Source: Candidatus Hydrogenedentota bacterium (GTDB lineage: Bacteria > Hydrogenedentota > Hydrogenedentia > Hydrogenedentales > SLHB01). Taken from it: a stretch of DNA of 64,000 nucleotides. Below are positions 9,201 to 16,777 of this stretch, piece after piece. Made by a program: the position numbers and the translations under genes. The notes beneath the pieces were generated by a model, which had not been told where the DNA came from, made no database searches, and worked only from the letters and a program-made list of their open reading frames with translations. Location of the stretch: NCBI GenBank assembly GCA_045863295.1, contig BTWA01000031.1:1-64000 (forward strand), read 5' to 3'. The stretch's first letter is position 1, and every line of letters begins with the position of its first letter.

Positions 9201-10364
9201 GCCGTTCGTTACCGCGCTTTGAAGCCCCGACAGACTCGTGTTGTCGGGTCCTTCAAATCCAAAGCCATCGTCAATAGGGCCCCACGAATTGGTGCTGATA
9301 TGAATCCGGTTGGCCGCGTTGGCGGGGCTCATCTGGTGGGTGAACGCGTTGGCCTCGTCTGTAAAGGTGAATAACCCTGAAATGAGTCGTATTCCCACGA
9401 GTTTGGCATTAAAAGCGACGCCGGTCACGCCGAGGCTGTTATTACCCACAGCAGCGGCCAACCCGGCGCAGCACGTGCCGTGAAAGTCGGTCGAGCTTGG
9501 GCTGGGATCGGTGTCGTCGCCGTTGAAGTCAATTCCGAGATCCGCGCGCACGTTGGCCTGCAGATCTTCATGGGTTTGTTCCAGACCGTCATCCACCACC
9601 CCGATGTTGACGCCGTCGCCCTGCGCGTCATCCCATGCGGCGGGCGCATTGATGTCGTTGCCCGCCGTGGCGCCGGTGAGTTGTGCGGTGTTGTTGAGGT
9701 GCCACTGGTGCGAGGCATAAAAGGTGTCGTTGGGCGTGAACCGTTTGTCCACTTGTTTTGCAATAACGGGTTCCGCGAAGGTTACCTGGCCGCTTTGCGC
9801 GAGCGCGTTGGCTATCTCGAGCGCGGACACCACGTTTGAATCAGTCGATTCCAGCACGAACAAATCTTGCGCGAACGCGAGCTTGTCCACGACGACGACC
9901 GGGTAGGTCGCGAGGATGCCGGCCAAAGAGGTGCCGCCGCCGAGTTGCACGGCGAGCCGGTTGGTAATGACCACGCGCGTCATTTCGCTGCGGGCCAATG
10001 GTTCCGCCGGATACGCGACGGCATGCGCATGGTAGCCCGCCGCGGCGATGGAGTCCGCTTGCTGTTGCAGGTCCGCGCGCGATGCGGCTGCGATGGAGCG
10101 CAGGAACGCGCCATTGCCGGCGCCGGCGGACTCCGCGGACGCATGCGGCGCGAGTGACTTCAGCGGGGGCACGGTCGCGCCGGCCTCCGACTTGGGCTCG
10201 GTGTAGAGTTCGTTGTAATCAAGCCACAATTCGACCGTGCGATCTCCCACAAAGTAGTGCAGGGGTTCGCCGGCGGTCTGCGCGAACGCGCCCAGTGGCG
10301 CCACCGCCACCATCCATGTGAATGCAACAACGATGCGCCGGAACGTAGCCACCTGTGATCGCAT
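6291..10364 (-). CDS. Kexin/furin-like S8 serine protease (paralog 2), same architecture as paralog 1
   Basis: VVDDG / HGTCCAG / NGTSAACP, kexin-type NSWGPIDDG, WAAGNG, DGYANS; propeptide ends ...VDKR|F; P-domain, BACON-like repeats, TM tail. ATG 10364 has a GGGAG RBS. Confidence 0.92.
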   Translation of the reverse strand: MRSQVATFRRIVVAFTWMVAVAPLGAFAQTAGEPLHYFVGDRTVELWLDYNELYTEPKSEAGATVPPLKSLAPHASAESAGAGNGAFLRSIAAASRADLQQQADSIAAAGYHAHAVAYPAEPLARSEMTRVVITNRLAVQLGGGTSLAGILATYPVVVVDKLAFAQDLFVLESTDSNVVSALEIANALAQSGQVTFAEPVIAKQVDKRFTPNDTFYASHQWHLNNTAQLTGATAGNDINAPAAWDDAQGDGVNIGVVDDGLEQTHEDLQANVRADLGIDFNGDDTDPSPSSTDFHGTCCAGLAAAVGNNSLGVTGVAFNAKLVGIRLISGLFTFTDEANAFTHQMSPANAANRIHISTNSWGPIDDGFGFEGPDNTSLSGLQSAVTNGRGGLGTIFTWAAGNGRTSQDNANKDGYANSRFTIAVASSQGNGVFASYSERGACLLVNTPGGASSPGLRTTTTDLTGSTNGLNSGPGGNNNYTTIMNGTSAACPIAAGVVALMLEANPNLTWRDVQHVLVESAEKNDPSNGDWFNNGAGLHFNHNYGFGRTDAEAAVNLAQTWNNVPASATPIVNSTANSIAIPDNNTTGVSQQTTVTTPGTFIVEHVEVKVNITHANVGDLDIVLTSPDGTQSFLHELCNDTTDNITNWPFMTVANWGEDSDGTWTLTVKDRRTNNTGTLNSWELKIHGYIDPSATQPVLSVLPSTRNVGPNAGSTTFDVSNTGIGTMNWTASVTQGNDWASIGSGGSGTDTGTITVNFPANPGTTTRTAQVTVTASGAAGSPKVVNIVQDGQPNLNVSPSNQNVAATANSTSFSVTNTGGGTMNWSAAVLTGGSFLSIPSGGSGTNSGTINVDVTENSTTSPRVGTIRVTSPEAVNSPIDVSVTQAGRAQLNVQQLTLNFDSNGGQIGVTISNTGAGAMTWQAVVTSGIDWLTATPPSGSAPSNVNVVAAVNGTTSPRVGTVQITGVGALNSPQTITVNQAGCTISAGPGNVQASDGTFTDRIRVTWNPVAGATQYWVYRAIDENQLSIDESQVVAVLTTTTYDDFDVEAGSTQAACGSPGGVKNYFYAITAVSVCGEGPASAFESGFRGTAKSLSSFAEQMLPASGLVQAGASVSVRLQSTAAIDPASVWGEVVSSAGTSEAVTWLPVTNSDGWVSHLPEAEWTVGESIVMTVGAIDTNGGLVGPVTSTFVVAPESDAPATVDQPESAGGTPAATLTVWSGEALPELSTGIGPIYGVGPLAPFDTPHEVWLPAPDGVDAAQLDVYYYLTTGGVPGWYPAEWVDGLLAGAVETVEIDGEVYLRVPVSHGGPLQIAAVDYSQASIAPQGGAGGLAVVALVIAVLAVTVPISRHRKRSI

Positions 10365-10445
10365 ACATATCTCCCGAAACGTGCCTGCCGCGACGCCCCG
10401 TCGATCAGCGGCAGGCAAAATAATTCAACCCACGAGACTGCTTCT

Positions 10446-10457
10446 GATTATGCCACA
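10446..10457 (-). promoter_or_regulatory. Putative extended -10 promoter of protease paralog 2
   Basis: Minus strand TGTGGCATAATC, identical to 6176-6187. Confidence 0.45.
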
Positions 10458-10619
10458 ACGCATCCCGAATTCGAGACTTGCGATTGCGAACTCATGCGTA
10501 ATCGGCCACGTGACACGCAAACGCAATCACGCGCGTAGCGACGGCCATCGTTGGCTTCGAATCGCGGGAAACCGGTATACTGCCGGCTCCGGGCGCAATA
10601 CCCGGAAAAGGGGGAAGCA

Positions 10620-12965
10620 GTGGTACCGATTCGCGCCGCCGCGCACACCATCGCGGCATGTTTGTTATTTATCGCACTTATCGTATTTCCCGTTTCGTCC
10701 CACGCCGAGGGCACCGAATTGTTCAAGGCCGGATCGCCCCCGGGAACGGCCGAAATCCGGACTACGGAACACGTGATCGAAGAGACTGCAGACGGCATTA
10801 CGTATTTATCCATGGAACCGCAAACCGATCCGTATGAGCCCCGGGAACTGGATTTTTACATCGCTGCTCCGGTTCCGTTTCATGGCCGTATTTTGACGGT
10901 TGAGATTTCGTTTTTGGATCGCGGCGCAGGCGTAATTTCCGTTTCCGCCCGCTCCGGCGATCGCACATTGAAACAAACTCACCAAGCCTCGTATACCCGA
11001 TTGAATACGGGAACGTCCCGTAGCGCCTGGTTTGCCTTTCAGTTGCCTCCCAAAGGGAACCCCGGCGACGCCGTTACCCTATCCATTCAAGGGGTGCAGT
11101 ATTTGCAGTCAATCCACGCACACGCGCCGCTGGATCCGGCCACGTGGGACTCGATACGCGCGGCGATCCCCAAAGACGTGACACCTCTGGTTACATTACA
11201 ACGGCCAATGGAACTTGTAACGTCCGCGGGGGTGGACGTGCGGGGAGGAACCAATACACTCGAAGATTCGCTGAATAATCTGGCCGATTTGGCGCCGCTT
11301 GCGCGTCTGCTCGGGTTCACGGCGGTGGAAAGTTACGTGACGTGGAAGCGATTGGAGCCGGAAGTGGAAGGCCAATTCGATTTCGCGTTTTACGACGCCA
11401 TTGTCAACAAGCTGGCTGAGTATGATTTGAAGTGGTTTCCGTTGCTCATTGTGGGATCGGCCTATGCCCTGCCAGATTGGTTCATCGGCGGCGCGGAAGA
11501 TGTCGGATTCGTCTGTCTGGAGCACGGCATCGAAAATCCGATTCAAAGCATTTGGAGCCCTTATCACCAGCGGCATGTGACCCGCGTGTTGCAGGCGTTC
11601 GGCGCGCACTACGAACCCATGGGCGTGTTGCAGGGCGTGCGGCTCGGGCCGAGCGGCAACTACGGCGAATCGCAGTACCCCGCCGGGGGAAATTGGTCGC
11701 CCGAAGGCCAGGAGATGCACATCCATATCGGCATGTGGGCGGCGGATGCCTATGCGATACAGGATTTTCGCGCGGCGATGCGGGCGAAGTACACCACCGT
11801 GGATTCACTCAACACGGCATGGGAAACGCGCTACACAACGTTTGACGAAGTGCCCGTCATGGTGCCGCAATTCATCCGCGTGCCCCGGCAGCGGCTGGAC
11901 ACGGCACAATGGTATACCGACAGCATGTCGGAGTGGTGCGCCTGGTGGGTAAACGAATCCGCGAAGGCCTTACCCCATACGCCCATTTACCAGTCTGCCG
12001 GAGGCTGGGGATTTCTCGAAGGCGGCACGGACTATGTCGCGCAGACGGCGGCCATGGTGCCCGTGGGGGGCGGCATCCGGCTGACCAATGAAACCGATAG
12101 TTTCGAGCAGAATTTTTATGTGACGCGTCTGGCCGCGACGGCGGCGCGTTTGCTTGGCACCGGGTTAGGCTACGAACCCGCAAGCTCGCACACGGCGCGT
12201 GGTACCGTGGGCCGTGTGTTTCACACGGCCACGACCAACGGCGACCACTTCTTTACCTATTTCCACAACATCATGAACCAGCCTATGAGCATTGACAAGT
12301 GGATCGAGTATGCGAACGTACTTGATTTGAGGCAGGATCCCGTGGTCGAGGTGGCCGTCTACTATCCGGAAACCATGAACCGGCTGGACGACGGCACCTT
12401 CCGGCATTTGTACGCAGGGGGATTTTACCCGCGCGCGCGGGAAGTTCGCCGCGTGGTCGACGTGGACTATCTGGATGAAACGCTGATACGGGATGGATAT
12501 CTCGAACGATACAAGGTGCTTGTATTCTGTTGGGGAAACTACATCGAAAGCGACGTGCTTGCCGCCATTGATGCCTGGGTGCAGAAGGGGGGCGTCGTGG
12601 TCTATCCGTCGTTTCCACGCGGCGATCTACAGACCATCGAAGGAAAAACCAAAGTTTTCGCCGCTTGGACGGCTGGTAAAACCGGGCAAGGTTCGTTCCA
12701 TCGTTTTCCCGGCGATATGGAACCGCCAAGCCTTTACGGCGACTACCTCCGAAAAGTGCTACGACGCACAAGCGTCCTGAATCCGCTGACCTCCCTAGTG
12801 ATCCAATACGAAATGCCCGAACACGTGTTCGTCGTCGTTCAGGCCGACGGTCATGCATTGGCGCTCAATTACTCGGAAACGGACCAAGAGTTGGATTTAG
12901 GGGGAACGAAGACGGCGATCCCTTCCTACGGAATTGCCCGGGTTCCCTTGACTGCAGTTCCATAA
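10620..12965 (+). CDS. Secreted glycoside hydrolase, GH14/GH42-like TIM barrel with a trimerisation-like C-terminal domain
   Basis: Signal peptide; ESYVTWKRLEP..GQFDFAFYD; GVRLGPSGNYGESQYP; KYTTVDSLNTAW; LERYKVLVF...WVQKGGVVV. GTG 10620 follows an AAGGGGG RBS. Confidence 0.65.
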   Translation: MVPIRAAAHTIAACLLFIALIVFPVSSHAEGTELFKAGSPPGTAEIRTTEHVIEETADGITYLSMEPQTDPYEPRELDFYIAAPVPFHGRILTVEISFLDRGAGVISVSARSGDRTLKQTHQASYTRLNTGTSRSAWFAFQLPPKGNPGDAVTLSIQGVQYLQSIHAHAPLDPATWDSIRAAIPKDVTPLVTLQRPMELVTSAGVDVRGGTNTLEDSLNNLADLAPLARLLGFTAVESYVTWKRLEPEVEGQFDFAFYDAIVNKLAEYDLKWFPLLIVGSAYALPDWFIGGAEDVGFVCLEHGIENPIQSIWSPYHQRHVTRVLQAFGAHYEPMGVLQGVRLGPSGNYGESQYPAGGNWSPEGQEMHIHIGMWAADAYAIQDFRAAMRAKYTTVDSLNTAWETRYTTFDEVPVMVPQFIRVPRQRLDTAQWYTDSMSEWCAWWVNESAKALPHTPIYQSAGGWGFLEGGTDYVAQTAAMVPVGGGIRLTNETDSFEQNFYVTRLAATAARLLGTGLGYEPASSHTARGTVGRVFHTATTNGDHFFTYFHNIMNQPMSIDKWIEYANVLDLRQDPVVEVAVYYPETMNRLDDGTFRHLYAGGFYPRAREVRRVVDVDYLDETLIRDGYLERYKVLVFCWGNYIESDVLAAIDAWVQKGGVVVYPSFPRGDLQTIEGKTKVFAAWTAGKTGQGSFHRFPGDMEPPSLYGDYLRKVLRRTSVLNPLTSLVIQYEMPEHVFVVVQADGHALALNYSETDQELDLGGTKTAIPSYGIARVPLTAVP

Positions 12966-13203
12966 ACCATGGGTCCGGGACCACGATGAACGCTACCGGC
13001 CTTTCGATCCTGAGTGGACCCCTCGCGCGGATGCTGGCGTTCCGCCGCTGATCCCGGGACTGCCAGAATCCATGGCGGTCTCAAGCGGAACCAATTGCCG
13101 CGTGGAACTTCTTTGCGGGAAACGGGATGTATTATCGGGAAAATAATCGTGAAATCTGTCGCGGTTGGCCGCGGTTTCAGAATGGCGCGCGACGCGAGAA
13201 TAA

Positions 13204-13212
13204 TGGTATACT
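13204..13212 (+). promoter_or_regulatory. Putative extended -10 promoter
   Basis: TGG-TATACT matches the TGn-TATAAT pattern and sits upstream of the candidate structured RNA. Confidence 0.45.
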
Positions 13213-13218
13213 GTCTTC

Positions 13219-13425
13219 AAATCGACCCGGATTGCGGGATGGGTAGTCGGTGATGGGGTTGCATCTCGAAAAGGGCGGCGGATTGGTTTTGATCCGTTAC
13301 CAATAGGCGCACTCTATCTCGAACCAATTATGTTCCCTTGCGACCGGTGGGCGGTTGTACGATTTCAACTGAATGATAACTGCATACCAGGTTGAGAATG
13401 TACGCCTCCCGCCGTCGCTTTTTTT
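13219..13425 (+). ncRNA. Candidate structured RNA or attenuator-type leader (unclassified)
   Basis: Promoter at the 5' side, nested inverted repeats, a long imperfect hairpin at 13340-13418 followed by T7; no convincing ORF. Confidence 0.35.
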
Positions 13426-13515
13426 GTGCCCGGCCGTCGCCGTTGCGTGTGCGCATACCCACGGCTTCCTGTAGAATCACGCAAACCCATTTATTGGCTT
13501 ACGGAGCGATCATTC

Positions 13516-14409
13516 ATGAAAACGGCGTTTCGGTGTGGATTGCTTGCGATTGCCGCGTGTCTGCCGGCAGTGGGAGAGGGTGCTGAGGAGAAGGCCGTGG
13601 TCAAGGGCCTTGTCGTCATGTTTACCGACTACGGCGCGGACTCCATCTATGTCGGCATACTCAAGGGCGCGATGTACGCGAAGTTTCCCGATGTGCGTAT
13701 CGATTCCATTACCAATTCGGTGCCTCCTTACGATATTCAGTCTGGCGCATACCAGTTGGCGGAGGCGTGCGGATCGTATCCGCAGGGGACCATTTTCGCA
13801 TGCGTGGTAGATCCCGGTGTGGGCACCGAGCGACGGTGCATAGCGTTAAGAACAAAGAGCGGACAAACCTTTGTCGGACCGGACAACGGCCTGCTGACGC
13901 TTGTGGCCCAGATGTTTGGCGTGGAAGAAATGCGCGAATGCACCAACGAAGCAATGTGGCGCAGCGGCAGCCATACGTCGACCACGTTTCACGGCCGCGA
14001 TATTTTTGGTCCGGTTGCCGCTTCGCTTGCCGGGGGCGCTAAGTTCGAAGGCGTTGGGCCGACAATGGAATCGATGGTGACCATCGATCTACCGGTAAGC
14101 CGTATCGAGAACGGGACAGCTTTGGGCGGCGTGATGCGCACGGACTGGTACGGGAACGTGGTGACCACGGTTACGCTGAGAAACCTCACCGAGCTTGGAA
14201 TTAAGGAAGGCGATTCCATCGCCATTGAGTTGAATGGAGAGCGATTTGTGGCGCCGCTCGCACGCACCTATGGCGCCGTGCCCAAAGGCAGCCGGCTGGT
14301 GGTGGTGCAGAGTTCAGGATTCATCGAGTGCGCCATCAATCAGGGCAACCTGGCGGATGCAGCCAAAGCGGAGCCCGGTCAAAAGGTGATCATGAAGAAG
14401 GCCAAGTGA
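13516..14409 (+). CDS. DUF62 family SAM hydroxide adenosyltransferase (SAM hydrolase) with a signal-peptide-like N-terminus
   Basis: MFTDYG, VVDPGVGTERR, FVGPDNGLL, STTFHGRDIF, DWYGNV; Asp-Arg-His triad present. ATG 13516 has a GGAG RBS. Confidence 0.88.
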   Translation: MKTAFRCGLLAIAACLPAVGEGAEEKAVVKGLVVMFTDYGADSIYVGILKGAMYAKFPDVRIDSITNSVPPYDIQSGAYQLAEACGSYPQGTIFACVVDPGVGTERRCIALRTKSGQTFVGPDNGLLTLVAQMFGVEEMRECTNEAMWRSGSHTSTTFHGRDIFGPVAASLAGGAKFEGVGPTMESMVTIDLPVSRIENGTALGGVMRTDWYGNVVTTVTLRNLTELGIKEGDSIAIELNGERFVAPLARTYGAVPKGSRLVVVQSSGFIECAINQGNLADAAKAEPGQKVIMKKAK

Positions 14410-14449
14410 CGCTGCATTGCGCCAACCTGAGGTACATTGGGACGATTGC

Positions 14450-15106
14450 GTGAAACGAACACTGATGGCCTATTTCAACCGGATGAGCCGCCACTACGGT
14501 CCGACGCAATGGTGGCCGGGCGATACCCCGTTTGAAATCGCGGTGGGCGCCATTCTCACGCAAAACACGGCTTGGACCAATGTCGAAAAAGCCATTGCGA
14601 ATCTGAAGCGCGATGGGCTTCTTTCTCCCCGTGCATTGCTCGAGTGTCCAGACGAAGCCTTGCACGAATCCTTGAGGCCGTCCGGCTATTTCAGAATCAA
14701 GACAAAACGTGTGCGGAGTTTCTGCGAGTATCTCATGCACCGGTACGGCGGCAGTATGAAGCGCATGGGACGGCAACCGCTGGAACGTCTGAGGCCGGAG
14801 TTATTGGCGGTGTCTGGCATTGGTCCCGAAACGGCGGACGACATTCTGCTCTATGCATTGGGCAAGCCGGTGTTTGTCATCGATGCGTATACCCGCAGAA
14901 TTCTCTCCAGGCACGGAGTGGACGCGCATTCGCTCGACTATGAGGGTTTGCGCGCATTTTTCGAATCGAACCTCGACAACGACGTTCCGTTGTTCAAGGA
15001 GTACCACGGCCTTATCGTCTGGACCGCCAAAGACTTCTGCAAGACCCGCCCCAATTGCGAGGGATGCCCGCTGGAACCGCTGCTTCAGGGCGGTAGACCA
15101 AGCTAG
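14450..15106 (+). CDS. Endonuclease III-related HhH-GPD DNA glycosylase
   Basis: WWPGDTPFEIAVGAILTQNTAW, LLAVSGIGPETADDILLYA, VIDAYTRR and the FeS motif C-x6-C-x2-C. Confidence 0.9.
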   Translation: MKRTLMAYFNRMSRHYGPTQWWPGDTPFEIAVGAILTQNTAWTNVEKAIANLKRDGLLSPRALLECPDEALHESLRPSGYFRIKTKRVRSFCEYLMHRYGGSMKRMGRQPLERLRPELLAVSGIGPETADDILLYALGKPVFVIDAYTRRILSRHGVDAHSLDYEGLRAFFESNLDNDVPLFKEYHGLIVWTAKDFCKTRPNCEGCPLEPLLQGGRPS

Positions 15107-15116
15107 ACCGGGCAGA

Positions 15117-16394
15117 TTACCCCCGCTTTTCGACCGGGATGTATTCCCGCTTCATTGCACCTGTGTATACCTGCCGCGGGCGATGGATGCGCGTTTCCGG
15201 ATCTTCCCGCATTTCTTTCCATTGCGCGAGCCAGCCCGGCATGCGGCCGATCGCGAACATGACGGTGAACATGTTTGTGGGAATGCCCATGGCGCGATAG
15301 ATGATGCCGCTGTAGAAATCGACATTCGGATACAATTTGCGTTCAACGAAAAACTCATCCTTCAACGCAATCTCTTCGAGATTCTTCGCAAGATCAAGAA
15401 GCGGATCGCTTACACCCAATTCATCCAGTACCGCATCGCAGGATTCCTTCAGCAGCGATGCGCGCGGATCATAGTTCTTGTAGACCCGGTGGCCAAAGCC
15501 CATCAGCCGGAACCCGGAGTCCTTTTTCTTTGCCATGTCGATGTATTTCTTGTAATTGCCGCCGTCCTGCTGAATCTTCTCCAACATCTCCAGAACCGCT
15601 TGATTGGCTCCGCCGTGCAGCGGCCCCCATAACCCACTGATGCCCGACGCAATGGCGGAATACAGATTAACCCGGCTGCTGCCCACCATGCGCACCGTCG
15701 AGGTGCTGCAATTTTGTTCGTGATCCGCATGAAGTATCAGAAGAAGATCGAGCGCCTTTACCAACACGGGGCTAGGTTCAAAATCCACCTGCGGCGTCGC
15801 AAACATCATGCGCAAAAAGTTCGCCGAGTAACTCAATTCGGCCCGCGGATAAATTATCGGCTCGCCCTGCGACATCTTGTAAGAAAAGGCCGCAATGGTC
15901 TTGGCCTTGGCCAACAAGCGAACGATGTTCGTGTCAATGTGCTCGTCCTCGTCGGTATCCGGGTAGAACGTGGACATCGACGAAACCAACGACGAAAGAA
16001 TGGCCATGGGGTGTGCCGACGGGGGATAGGTATCGAAAAAGTGGCGCATGCCTTCATGCATCAGGCTGTTCATGGTCAGCTGGTTGCGCCAAGCGTTCAG
16101 CTGGGTTGCCGTCGGCAGTTCGCCATAAATTAGCAGGTAACACACTTCGGGAAACCGTGCATGCCGCGCCAACTCTTCAATGGGATACCCGCGATACCGG
16201 AGTATCCCCTTCTCCCCGTCAATAAACGTAATGCTGCTTCGGCAAGATCCGGTGTTGCCATAGCCGGGATCGTACGTAATGGCGCCCGTTTGCGAACGAA
16301 GCGAACTGATGTCTATGGCGGTCTCGCCTTCGCTTCCCACAAATACCGGGAATTCGTATTCTTTACCGTTTAGAATCAGTTTGGCTTTACTCAT
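15117..16394 (-). CDS. gltA: Citrate synthase (type II)
   Basis: GILRYRGYPIE, LHADHEQNCST, GPLHGGAN, LMGFGHRVYKNYDPRA, LYPNVDFYSG, RPRQVY. Confidence 0.97.
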   Translation of the reverse strand: MSKAKLILNGKEYEFPVFVGSEGETAIDISSLRSQTGAITYDPGYGNTGSCRSSITFIDGEKGILRYRGYPIEELARHARFPEVCYLLIYGELPTATQLNAWRNQLTMNSLMHEGMRHFFDTYPPSAHPMAILSSLVSSMSTFYPDTDEDEHIDTNIVRLLAKAKTIAAFSYKMSQGEPIIYPRAELSYSANFLRMMFATPQVDFEPSPVLVKALDLLLILHADHEQNCSTSTVRMVGSSRVNLYSAIASGISGLWGPLHGGANQAVLEMLEKIQQDGGNYKKYIDMAKKKDSGFRLMGFGHRVYKNYDPRASLLKESCDAVLDELGVSDPLLDLAKNLEEIALKDEFFVERKLYPNVDFYSGIIYRAMGIPTNMFTVMFAIGRMPGWLAQWKEMREDPETRIHRPRQVYTGAMKREYIPVEKRG

Positions 16395-16777
16395 GGCCTT
16401 CTCCGTTCCCTGAAATCCCGCACGCGCAGACCCAATGAGCGAACCGCATCGCGCCCGGGCCCTCTTTCGATTGACGCAAACCGCATGTCGCAATTGACTT
16501 ACGACATTCCCCGCGGATTGGCAAGGGCACTATACCGTTTGAACGTTGCTTGAATCAATCTTGCGTCGCCAATGTACTGTGGTCGAATCGCCGAGTTGCC
16601 TCATAAGACCGGTCCCCTTTGTTGGAAGTGGTTGATCGTGGATGTATCGAATAGGAAGCGGCCGCTTCACCACAACATGTAGAACGAGAAGTACACAAGG
16701 CCCCTATCGGTGTGCTACAGTAATGCGGCAAGGCCCGCGTAGTGATAATCCAGACCGCGTTCAAGAGAGGAGTGACC

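Noticed and set aside
13219..13425. Retron msr/msd, SRP RNA, tmRNA or SAM-I riboswitch
   Set aside because: No reverse transcriptase is nearby, and I see none of the consensus motifs for these RNAs.
13516..14409. Fluorinase or chlorinase
   Set aside because: It retains the DUF62 Asp-Arg-His hydrolase triad (DPG, R, TFHGRD), and there is no biosynthetic context.
16395..16777. nhaA-associated Na+/Li+ riboswitch
   Set aside because: I could not match a known consensus or find a convincing stem by eye; it needs an Rfam scan.
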